A stretch of 64,000 nucleotides of DNA from an uncultured Gammaproteobacteria bacterium (GTDB taxonomy: Bacteria; Pseudomonadota; Gammaproteobacteria; CAWCPV01). The number at the start of each line of letters is the position of its first letter. Position 1 is the stretch's first letter. Positions 34,415 through 42,878 of this stretch are shown in pieces. The stretch spans positions 672,001 through 736,000 of the forward strand of contig CAWCPV010000004.1 of assembly GCA_963797555.1 (NCBI GenBank). Reading direction: 5' to 3'. The notes under the pieces were generated by a model. The model was given only the letters and a program-made list of their open reading frames with translations. It was not told where the DNA came from and ran no database searches. The position numbers were made by a program, and so were the translations under genes.

Positions 34415-34641
34415 CGGCTAATGCGCTTGGCCTCCCCAAACACCTCCTCAGCCCCATAGGTCTGAACCTCTCCGCGGTCGTGGGCGGCAACCCTCTCTTC
34501 GATCTCGCGCTCCCAAGCGGCCTCAATCTCCGCCAACGGCGTTTCGCGCAACGATTCGAGCAGGACGTTAACGAGTCTGGCGCGGTCCTCTGGTGACAAC
34601 ATTCGGACCTGCTGTTCAATTTCCGCGAGACTAGTAGACAT
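34411..34641 (-). CDS. Putative addiction module antitoxin
   Basis: LSPEDRARLV..LLESL..IEAAWEREIEERV; 4-bp overlap with the toxin. Confidence 0.85.
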   Translation of the reverse strand: MSTSLAEIEQQVRMLSPEDRARLVNVLLESLRETPLAEIEAAWEREIEERVAAHDRGEVQTYGAEEVFGEAKRISR

Positions 34642-34771
34642 AATCATTCCCTCGTTTCGTAATGCCGATGGCGAGATTCTAGCCTGTCAGGGTGCACCTG
34701 GGCACGATTCATCCTTGCAATTCGGGACCGACCCCGGGACCGACCCCTATTTATCCACTCGGCGTGCGCTT

Positions 34772-35143
34772 CTATGCTGCCGCACGGCCAGCACTGCCTG
34801 AGGACCGCTCCTTCTCCAAAAGCGTCAGGCAGAGAGCACGCATCGTCTCCAATTCGTGGTAAAACTCGCGCTGTGCCTCTTCGGGCGACAAACAATCGAC
34901 GAGATCCGGCAACTGCACCCCATGACTCATGATGGCGTTGGCCTCTTTGCTGCGAAGGTGCTTGCGAACATAGAGGCAATTGTCCGCGTGGTAAAAGCGT
35001 TGAACAGCCTCCATGGGGCTCAAGTCCCCGCTGGCCAGGGACTGCACCAGACCCAAATCTAGGAGCGCGAAGAGTTCCAACTGCTGAAGCGGCCCCTCCC
35101 TTGCCTCTGACAGAACGCTATGGAATGAATGACGCTGTTTCAC
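34772..35143 (-). CDS. Hypothetical protein (helical)
   Basis: 123-aa ORF with normal composition, downstream of repeat copy 2; family not firmly recognised. Confidence 0.55.
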   Translation of the reverse strand: MKQRHSFHSVLSEAREGPLQQLELFALLDLGLVQSLASGDLSPMEAVQRFYHADNCLYVRKHLRSKEANAIMSHGVQLPDLVDCLSPEEAQREFYHELETMRALCLTLLEKERSSGSAGRAAA

Positions 35144-35190
35144 GGTGATGGCCCCATCCTCGGAAAGAACTTGGCGCCAGCGACGCTCCC

Positions 35191-35226
35191 TGAGTATACC
35201 CGTACCCGAGCGGGCTATGTTGTGGC
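35191..35226. repeat. 36-bp direct repeat, copy 2
   Basis: Matches 29851-29886; contains TATACT on the minus strand. Confidence 0.9.
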
Positions 35227-35360
35227 CGATAGCTGTTCAATATTCAGATAGGCGACAGACCCCCATCATGCCGGGCACGTGGGTGCCCGGCGTGCGGAGC
35301 TTCGCAGCACGCCGTGCTACCATCGGCAGTACCTCTGGCTTACGAGATGGGAGATTCATC

Positions 35361-35600
35361 ATGGACTATCGTCAGTATCTTGTCCGGGACCCCGGGGTCT
35401 GCGGCGGCGAGACGGTATTCAAGGGCACGCGCGTGGCACTGCGCACCGTCCTGGCCAGCCTAGCGGAAGGCGCCAGTGTCGAAGAGATCCTGGCAGACTT
35501 CCCAACGCTCACGGCTGAGCAAGTTCGCGCAGCAATTGCTTTTGCTGCCGCTTCCGCGGAGGAAGACCTGCCTTTGCCCGGTATCCCGACCGTTGCATGA
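35361..35600 (+). CDS. DUF433 antitoxin
   Basis: RDPGVCGGETVFKGTRV..LAEGASVEEILADFPTLTAEQVRAAIAFAA. Confidence 0.88.
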   Translation: MDYRQYLVRDPGVCGGETVFKGTRVALRTVLASLAEGASVEEILADFPTLTAEQVRAAIAFAAASAEEDLPLPGIPTVA

Positions 35601-35695
35601 GACTAAAGCTCGACGAGAACCTGCCGGCCGCGCTGGTCGAAAAGCTATCCGGGCTCGGCCATGACGTGGACACCGTTCCGGCCGAGGACCTTCGG
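35597..35695 (+). pseudogene. DUF5615 PIN-like toxin, N-terminal fragment
   Basis: MRLKLDENLP..LSGLGHDVDTV; similarity ends at the REP-like copy. Confidence 0.72.
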
Positions 35696-35762
35696 TGTCT
35701 TTCGCGAGCGATGTGGTTCCTTCGCTCGCCGCACCCTACGCGGGGCCACACCCGCCAAGCTA

Positions 35763-37436
35763 CTATCCCGCCAAGAACGAGGCGATCAGCTCGCCCAGCC
35801 GCCGCCTATGCTCCGGCTCCGGAGTGGCATCGGCCCGCGGGCGGAGCGGTAGAGCGCCCACGCCCTCGCAGTCACGAGTCGCGCCGGGCGCGCGATAAAT
35901 TTGAGCCCCGATGCCAGGATAAAGGGCCAAGGCACCCACGGCACCGGTCAACGCGTCGCGATAAGCATGCATCTTGTTGATGTCTTCGGACCAGCAGTCC
36001 TCGATGCGCCCCTCTTCTTCCTGGCCGTAAAAGCCTCCTCGGCCCTTGTTTTTTGCGTCCAGTACCAGCAGCTCGCCGCCCCGGCAGATGAGGATATCCG
36101 GTATGAATTCGCGGGAGTAACTGTCGCCAGGTGATAGTTCACGTGCAGGCGCCCCGACGGCGACGCCGGAACACGAGCGGTTGTACCACAAGGAGACATT
36201 CTGCTCGTAATCCAGCCGCAGACCCCCGTTACCCCGGTCCACCGTCTGCCTCTCGGGCTTCGTACCAATGATCGGACGGCACGCGACAGGCGGCCCGAGC
36301 CGCTCTTCCAGGGACTCCTTAACCAGGAAGAAGCACCAGTACTCGAACAGCGTCGCCGTATCCTTGGTCTCCAGCAAATGTGCAAAATCCAGCAGCGCGT
36401 AGTCCTGGCGGGTGATGAGCTGCAGCAGGGCATAGAGCTGATACAACTGGCGATAACCCTCCTTGCGCTGCAAGACTTGCGAGCTGACCGGCACTATCTG
36501 CAAGGGACCGATGTCTCGCCAAAAGGGTTCTTCCAAAGCCGCGGAAATCTGGCGCCGCAACTCGTCGAGTGCATCCTGAAGGTCTGGATTCAGGTAGCTT
36601 CCCCGCTTGCCCATACTCTCGGTCAACGCTATCAGCTTGCCCATACTCTCGGTCAACGCTATCAGCCGTCCATCCAGCGACTCCAATACATGCTTGGCGA
36701 ATCTGTTTTCATGCGTATCAACGTCATGGAAACGGTGGCGCACAGGCAGTTTGACCGGGTAGACACTCTGTCCTGCCAGAGAGCTGAGCAGCTTCCCCAA
36801 AGGCGTGTGCGCCAAGGAATGATCCGGACTTATGCGCGCTAGATCCTTCCCTCCGCACAGCGCTGCGACCACCAGGGCGGGCTCCGGCGCGACGATAAAC
36901 TCTACCGGGGAATCGAGCACTTCATCGCGGAGGCGGCGGTGAGGATCGGCCAAGATCGCGTCCACCAGGCTTTCCAGGCTATTTTTCCTGAGGAGGAACC
37001 GCCAAAGAAACAACAGCTCGACGTAGGCCAGATCCTCGCCCGCCTCACCCCCCTTGTCATACGCATGACCGGTCGGCGACCCGAAGTCCGTCACCAGGGA
37101 CGCATACCGATCGGTGATGTAATCGAGCAAGCCGAAGAACTGCTCGTCGCCAATCTTCCGGTTGTGAACCAGAATCTTCAGCCCGCCGAGGCGCGTGAGA
37201 CCCACCGCATTCTCGAACCTAACCTGGCAGATGTCTCCGTAACACCGCTTAGGATCAATGATCACCCACCCTTCAGGTCTGCCGTCATAGAATTTGACGA
37301 AGTACTCCCGCCACTCATCCAATTCCACCGGCTCACAAAAGCGTGGGGTGTCCGGATCTATTTCGCCCGGGAAATCTGGTTTATCGTTAAGGGCCAGCCG
37401 CCCGTCTGGGTCGTACGCTATCATCTCTTTACTCAA
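35763..37436 (-). CDS. McrC-like DUF2357/PD-(D/E)XK nuclease
   Basis: DTHENRFAKH, SQVLQRKEGYRQL, KDTATLFEYWCF, PDI...VLDAK, DINKMHAYRDAL; overlaps the McrB-like gene. Confidence 0.85.
   Translation of the reverse strand: MSKEMIAYDPDGRLALNDKPDFPGEIDPDTPRFCEPVELDEWREYFVKFYDGRPEGWVIIDPKRCYGDICQVRFENAVGLTRLGGLKILVHNRKIGDEQFFGLLDYITDRYASLVTDFGSPTGHAYDKGGEAGEDLAYVELLFLWRFLLRKNSLESLVDAILADPHRRLRDEVLDSPVEFIVAPEPALVVAALCGGKDLARISPDHSLAHTPLGKLLSSLAGQSVYPVKLPVRHRFHDVDTHENRFAKHVLESLDGRLIALTESMGKLIALTESMGKRGSYLNPDLQDALDELRRQISAALEEPFWRDIGPLQIVPVSSQVLQRKEGYRQLYQLYALLQLITRQDYALLDFAHLLETKDTATLFEYWCFFLVKESLEERLGPPVACRPIIGTKPERQTVDRGNGGLRLDYEQNVSLWYNRSCSGVAVGAPARELSPGDSYSREFIPDILICRGGELLVLDAKNKGRGGFYGQEEEGRIEDCWSEDINKMHAYRDALTGAVGALALYPGIGAQIYRAPGATRDCEGVGALPLRPRADATPEPEHRRRLGELIASFLAG
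36605..36664. repeat. Perfect 30-bp tandem duplication inside the DUF2357 gene
   Basis: GCTTGCCCATACTCTCGGTCAACGCTATCA x2, giving LIALTESMGK x2 in frame. Confidence 0.92.
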
Positions 37437-39291
37437 TGAAGCTTGTGTAGCCTTGCTCCTTCAAGGTCCTAAGCATTCTGCCGCATTTCTGCGCGCAACG
37501 CGGGTATTGAGCGTCTGGCTCGAAGCCTTCCGCCTTTTCTCTGAGGCTGGCGGCTTTAGCAACGGCATCCTTCTCACTTACGTCACGATCTCCATAGCAA
37601 AAGAGGAGCACTCGGCTGAGGGGCCTCTCCATCCGAGCGCGGGTGCCGTGGAACTTCGGAAGAATCTTTTGGAGGATCTGGATATCCAACGCCTCGTCTG
37701 CGGTGAAGGGGTGCACCGTTCTTCTGGCCAGCGAAACGAAGCGACTGATTTCGTTGATGGTCCTATATCCAAAGTGTAGGTGGTATGGCTTCAAAATGTC
37801 GATCAAGCCCTGCAAGGGTTCGCGCACGTCACCTTTGGCCTCCTCGAAGTCAGCGTTCGAGGCGAACGCCCAGTGACTATTCGAGAACAGGTCCCTACAG
37901 TCCGCGTTCTCTAGCACAAAGGAGGCCCCGAAAGACTCGATGCCTTCCCCATCAACGAAGACCTCGTTGAACTCTATCACGTTCGCCCGGTCGAGTACCT
38001 TGGGACTGAACATGTATGTGGACTCATCGACGTTGACCGTCCCGGTGACGAACACATTGGACGGGATGTGGAGGCGCCCAGGAACTCCGTCATCAGTGCT
38101 GGGAACTTGTCCTTGCCGTTCTTCGGCACCGTGGCGCGTGGCATTGTGGGGCAGCTCGTGTAACTCCAGATCCGCCCCTTTCGGATACTCGAAAGTCCTG
38201 CTCTCCATCTTACTGAGGAAATCCGAGAAATAATACTCCACCCTAGCCAAATTCATCTCGTCCAGTATTATGAAATACGGGTGGTTATCATCGTCTCTTG
38301 CACGGATCAGCAAGTCGAGGACGGGGGTGCTGTGGTATGTGTTTTCCAGGGGATTATAAAAACCCAGCAATCCCCGGTTGTCGGTCCAGTCCGGGTGCAC
38401 TGATACAAAGGCCATGCGCTTTATGCGATCTTCCGGTTGCAGGTCCTGATACACGTAGTCGACCAGAACTTGGGCGATTTTCGTCTTTCCTGTACCAGAG
38501 ATCCCGGTTAGGATGACAAATGGTTTGGACATCAGTGCGAGAACATATCGTGTCAAGACCTCTCTGGGGAACAGAAAGCGTGCGTGCTTGACATAATCAT
38601 ATAACCGTCCCAGATCCATTTCTTCGCGCCCTTCAGCCGTTGTTTCGTCGAATTTCCAGACCACCTTATGGCCTCCGGCGCCGGAGTCGGACAAGAGTTG
38701 CTCCTGCCATCCAGCCGCTAGTGACACCCCCTGTTTTGTGAAGCGGGTTGCGATTTCTTCGCAAGCGAGGTCAAAGGCGATGCCTGCAGTCTGGCCAGTG
38801 CGCTGTTTAATCGCCGTGCAAGCGTCCTCCCAATCCTTCGGGGTCGGCTGATATCCTGGAGCCCCGGGCTTCTCAGCTTCAAGGGCCGGACTTGCCTCCT
38901 CTGCATCACGTGACCACTTGTCCAGCATGCGCTGCACGTGGGGTTGCCTCATAGCCCTTGCGCCCCAGTGACCGGGGGCATATTGTTGCGCTAAATCTCT
39001 GCCAGCGAATATCAATTCCCTTTGTTCGTCCGTGAAAGTGTCCTCCCCGCGCAGAGCTGCCTGCCATTGGTTCTTAAAGAGACAATGCCGCCACTGCTTT
39101 TCCTCCTTGTCATACGCGCTTCCATCGCTTGTGAGCGGGCGACACGCGAAGACACCTACGAGGAATGCGCCGATCTCCCCGTCGCGGAGCGGCTCACCTC
39201 GCTGAACTGACGCGACAACCACCGTTGAAGGCCTTTCAGGCTTCTCCCTACTACCTGGAACGACTTGTATGTGTTTCGCTTTCACCAACAT
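37429..39291 (-). CDS. McrB-family AAA+ GTPase with unrecognised N-terminal region
   Basis: ILTGISGTGKT, LDEMNLARVEYYFSDFLS, GTVNVDESTYMFSPKVLDRANVIEF, FGYR, QKILPK. Confidence 0.9.
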   Translation of the reverse strand: MLVKAKHIQVVPGSREKPERPSTVVVASVQRGEPLRDGEIGAFLVGVFACRPLTSDGSAYDKEEKQWRHCLFKNQWQAALRGEDTFTDEQRELIFAGRDLAQQYAPGHWGARAMRQPHVQRMLDKWSRDAEEASPALEAEKPGAPGYQPTPKDWEDACTAIKQRTGQTAGIAFDLACEEIATRFTKQGVSLAAGWQEQLLSDSGAGGHKVVWKFDETTAEGREEMDLGRLYDYVKHARFLFPREVLTRYVLALMSKPFVILTGISGTGKTKIAQVLVDYVYQDLQPEDRIKRMAFVSVHPDWTDNRGLLGFYNPLENTYHSTPVLDLLIRARDDDNHPYFIILDEMNLARVEYYFSDFLSKMESRTFEYPKGADLELHELPHNATRHGAEERQGQVPSTDDGVPGRLHIPSNVFVTGTVNVDESTYMFSPKVLDRANVIEFNEVFVDGEGIESFGASFVLENADCRDLFSNSHWAFASNADFEEAKGDVREPLQGLIDILKPYHLHFGYRTINEISRFVSLARRTVHPFTADEALDIQILQKILPKFHGTRARMERPLSRVLLFCYGDRDVSEKDAVAKAASLREKAEGFEPDAQYPRCAQKCGRMLRTLKEQGYTSFIE

Positions 39292-39402
39292 GTATAGTCT
39301 CGCCTCCTGGCTGCTTGGTTCTCGCTGAGAGCGGTTTCAGCACCTCACTTCGGCTCCGGGGGACTCCCCGTACAAAGCGTCTTGTGATGCGCCTTGGGCC
39401 CG

Positions 39403-39600
39403 GAAATCCGCCATTCTCAGAGTTGTCCGCTCCGGCCACCATGTCTAATCGGACCATTGCCCGCGTCATGCCGTAGTAGAGCACCGTTCCTGGTCGGCCA
39501 GCCGTTCCAGTCGCCCGCCAAGATGATAGCAGGACACTCCTGGCCCTTGCACCTTCGAACGCTGTCGAAGACGAGGCGGCCATCCGTGAAGACCCGATGC
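39403..39600 (-). pseudogene. Diverged duplicate of the NERD-helicase 3' end
   Basis: VFTDGRLVFDSVRRCKGQECPAIIL / LYYGMTRAMVRLDMV..DNSEN versus IFTEGQLMFDSVRRFKGQEAPAIIL / LYCGMTRATVRLDMV..DNPEN at 40820-41025. Confidence 0.82.
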
Positions 39601-39803
39601 GCTGCCATAGGTCCCCGTCCGCCCTGCTTTGCGAAACGCGCTTGCCCCGTTCGGTAGCAAAGGAAAAGTGTCGCTTCATGAGACTTCAGCGGACACAAAA
39701 TCCGTATCGTGGGGCGCAGGACCGCTTCCGACGAAAGGGGTGCTGGGTTTCAATTGTCTCGTCCTTGTATGGTGGTAGAGGTTGCTTCAGATAATTGGGT
39801 GTT

Positions 39804-40418
39804 CTACGGGTGATTAGTAACCACATCAGTCCATATTTGTTCGCGCTGTGGTTCACCATCTACGACTAGAGGCCCATACCTGTTGTAGGAGATAAGGGCG
39901 ATCATTTGATCATCCCAGAGTTCTGAGTGTGTCGGATTGAATCTGATGTTCGGAACCATTTTAAACTCACGGATTGGCTTATGCGATCCTCGACGAACAG
40001 GAAAGTATTGCCACGAATTCGTATTGGTCTGCCTAATATCTGCACCAGCCACGTTAGCCCTATTAATCAGTCGATGAACAATCCCCGCTGGATAAACATC
40101 GGGTCTCTCTTGCTGAGAAATGTGCTCACATTCTCGTATCCTGCCAACGAAATAACGTCCATTCTCGCCCAATGTATAGAAAATTACGTCATGTATCCCA
40201 TAGGGGACGAAGGATCGAAATTGTTTCGGGGGTGTAAAAAAGCCTTCTATCCACCCATACTGCCACCCTTCAAAACACAACTGAAAATCGAAGTTGAATT
40301 CCTCGAAGGCAAAGCCATAATGACCGGAGTGAGTGTTACCCTCGCGCTGGCCAGCGTTCCCTGTCGGACATTCCCAGTGCGCCGTGTTTAAGCAGAGGCG
40401 ACAAAAATAGCGGTTCAT
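39804..40418 (-). CDS. AT-rich hypothetical protein, aromatic-rich beta-type domain
   Basis: 204-aa ORF with GGAG RBS in DNA visibly AT-richer than its flanks; RLCLN..HWECPTG...GFAFEEFNFD...GWQYGWIE. Confidence 0.7.
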   Translation of the reverse strand: MNRYFCRLCLNTAHWECPTGNAGQREGNTHSGHYGFAFEEFNFDFQLCFEGWQYGWIEGFFTPPKQFRSFVPYGIHDVIFYTLGENGRYFVGRIRECEHISQQERPDVYPAGIVHRLINRANVAGADIRQTNTNSWQYFPVRRGSHKPIREFKMVPNIRFNPTHSELWDDQMIALISYNRYGPLVVDGEPQREQIWTDVVTNHP

Positions 40419-40599
40419 TGTATTTTCTCCGCCCAGTTGCTCGCGTGTGTCTGCCGCATTACCGTGATAGTACGGGACCAGCGCGTTCGCACGAGTAATA
40501 CGGCGGGGTTATGTCGTACACGGTACCCGTGGGAGGTGCAGGCCTTCCAGGAGTTCTATACGCTGCAAATCCACGCGGCTTGGGGATGCTCCCTCCGAA

Positions 40600-40700
40600 G
40601 CCTTCGTCACTCCTTTTGCGAGCGATACAGGACGCTCCGCGTACATCACTATAGCATCAGAAGAATGGAAGAGGCATATGTACTCGGGGTGGTGCGTGCA
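40600..40700 (+). pseudogene. Possible integron-integrase N-terminal relic
   Basis: TLRVHHYSIR.MEEAYV resembles the IntI N-terminal LR.RHYSIRTE.AYV motif; very short. Confidence 0.45.
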
Positions 40701-40805
40701 AGAAAGCAGAAAGGGGTGAGGTTCGGTTACTTTCACAGCCTGACGGGCCACTGGCCTTCGAGCCGTACGGGGAGGGCCTGAAGGTATCATGTCATCACCT
40801 CATGC

Positions 40806-42458
40806 CTACCGGTGCGGCCAAAAGCGCCGGTTCTCCGGGTTATCCGCACGAACCACCATGTCCAACCGGACGGTCGCCCGCGTCATCCCACAGTAGAGCA
40901 CCCGCTCCTCCTCGGCCAGCCGATCCGGCCGGGGATTAACGTTCACCAGGATGATAGCAGGAGCTTCCTGGCCTTTGAACCGTCGAACACTATCGAACAT
41001 AAGCTGACCCTCCGTGAAGATCTGGTTGCCGCTCGCATCATACTTTTCGGTAAACCGCCGAAGCGAGACACCGCCGACCGTATCCAGCTCGCTGAACACC
41101 GAGCCACGCACTCCGCGGCACGTAAGCACTGCCATGTCGTCATAGGTAAAACCCCGGTGCAGCAACTCCTGAAGGACGCGAGCAACGACCTTGGGCTGCT
41201 CGGCCGGGTCGGAGTATTCGTGGACGCCTACCCCCATCCCCGGCAGATCGTTCCCGAGGTCGAACTCGAAGGGGAGCGTGTTCCGGATGAAGCGCGCGAT
41301 GGACTCGGGAGAGCGGTAGTTGAGCGGGCAGCGGTAGCCGACGAAGCCCGCGGTCGAAACGGGCGGGCGCCCTCGCAGGTTCTGGTCCGGGTCTTCGAGC
41401 CACAGGATGTCCGAGCCCTCGCGCAGGAAAAGGCTGAGGACATCGAGCCACTCCTGCTCGAAGTCCTGACCCTCGTCCACCACCAAGGCGTCGAACAGCC
41501 AGTCCTCCGGGATATGCTGGGCAGTGACCAGATCGGGAATCCTCCGCCAAAATTCGGGGTCTGCTCCCGAATGCTCGAAGTCCGGCGGCTGACCGCGGCT
41601 CTTCAGGAACTCCACGCAGAATCCATGGAAGGTATCCACGTGACCCTGCGCCGACAGTCGCGCCCGGAGCCGGGTGGCGAGTGGGCGGTTGAAACAGGTG
41701 AGAAGGACCCGTTTGCCCTCGGCCGCCTCCCGCGCGTAGAACTGCCGGGCCAGCAGGCTCTTCCCGCTCCCCGCGCTGCCGGTGAAGCGCAGGCGAAACG
41801 GCGTCATTTCGAGGTTGGCGAGAATGGAGGCGACGCCGCCGGCCTGGCGCACAAAGGCCCTCTCCTGGGCACTAATGCGCGCGTGAATGTCGGGCACAAC
41901 CTGGAAGCTCTGGCAGAAGAAGTCGTGTACCTGCTGGTACCAAGCCCACCTGACCGAACCCCGGCCCGAGGATGCTCTGGATACGCTCCGCCAGGCGGTC
42001 TCGGTCCCGGGCGTCGACGATGCGGGTCGCGTCCAGGCCCACGGCGTTGACGTTCTGCACCCGGTAGTCGGGGCAGTAGACGAGATAGTCGGCCCCAGTG
42101 CACGCGCCTTGCCTTGCTGCCACTGGAACTTCTGGCGCACCCGGTCGAGCGAGCGGTGGAGCTGCTCGGCGACATTCTTGGCGCCCTCGTCGTAGCGTTT
42201 GAAGAGACCCACCTCGGTTTCCTCGAGAGACCCGTTCTTCTGCTCGATGAACAACACGTCCCCCGAGCGGTTCAGCACCACGAAGTCGATCTCCCCGTAC
42301 ACCGTCCACCCCTGGTACTCCCTTGTCCAGTGGACGCCGTGGAAAACGGTGTAATCGGGCGGTAGCTGGTCCCTGAGCGCGCTCAGCGTCTCCAGCTCCG
42401 GGCTGTGGGCGCCCGAGAGTGCGAGCCGCGTAATGTCCGACGGGATGATGTAGGCCAA
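40806..42458 (-). CDS. NERD nuclease + SF1 (UvrD-C-like) helicase fusion (compensating frameshifts ~41950-42095)
   Basis: VFHGVHW..GEIDFVV...IEQKNG, GSAGSGKS, VVDEGQDF, NYRS, SVRRFKGQE, LYCGMTRA. Confidence 0.82.
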   Translation of the reverse strand: MAYIIPSDITRLALSGAHSPELETLSALRDQLPPDYTVFHGVHWTREYQGWTVYGEIDFVVLNRSGDVLFIEQKNGSLEETEVGLFKRYDEGAKNVAEQLHRSLDRVRQKFQWQQGKARALGPTISSTAPTTGCRTSTPWAWTRPASSTPGTETAWRSVSRASSGRGSVRWAWYQQVHDFFCQSFQVVPDIHARISAQERAFVRQAGGVASILANLEMTPFRLRFTGSAGSGKSLLARQFYAREAAEGKRVLLTCFNRPLATRLRARLSAQGHVDTFHGFCVEFLKSRGQPPDFEHSGADPEFWRRIPDLVTAQHIPEDWLFDALVVDEGQDFEQEWLDVLSLFLREGSDILWLEDPDQNLRGRPPVSTAGFVGYRCPLNYRSPESIARFIRNTLPFEFDLGNDLPGMGVGVHEYSDPAEQPKVVARVLQELLHRGFTYDDMAVLTCRGVRGSVFSELDTVGGVSLRRFTEKYDASGNQIFTEGQLMFDSVRRFKGQEAPAIILVNVNPRPDRLAEEERVLYCGMTRATVRLDMVVRADNPENRRFWPHR

Positions 42459-42878
42459 ACGGTGCGCCCTCCGACAGGATTCAGCCTCCAGGCCGGCGCT
42501 GACCCATAGAGCAACCGGCCCTTGTCGCATAACAGGATAGCTTGACGACGCTCCCAAGGCTTAGGGGTTACCGGGAGTCTGGGCGTGTTGAGCCGGCGCT
42601 GTGGCCCCACCGGCGACCCCGAATATATTGATACTACAATCAGCGACGCTACCGGGCCGCTGAGCGCACAGCGTGGGCCGGGGGCGATGGCATCCGCAAA
42701 TTGGAGGACGTATCCCGACTATGCACCCCGTCAAGAAGGTTCTGAGCGCCGCCGCCGATACGGAACCAGCTCGGGTGCATGCGTCCGCTGGAAATAGCCT
42801 CGACGATCTCTGAGATGGGCTCCCGGGCCACGCAGGGGATGATGCGGATGCTCCAGGTTGATTCTCCATGTTGTCGAT

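Noticed and set aside
29851-35226. CRISPR array based on the 36-bp repeat
   Set aside because: Only two copies 5.3 kb apart, with no spacers and no cas genes.
42560-42870. Small ORFs between the NERD gene and glgP
   Set aside because: No recognisable motif or RBS in any frame.
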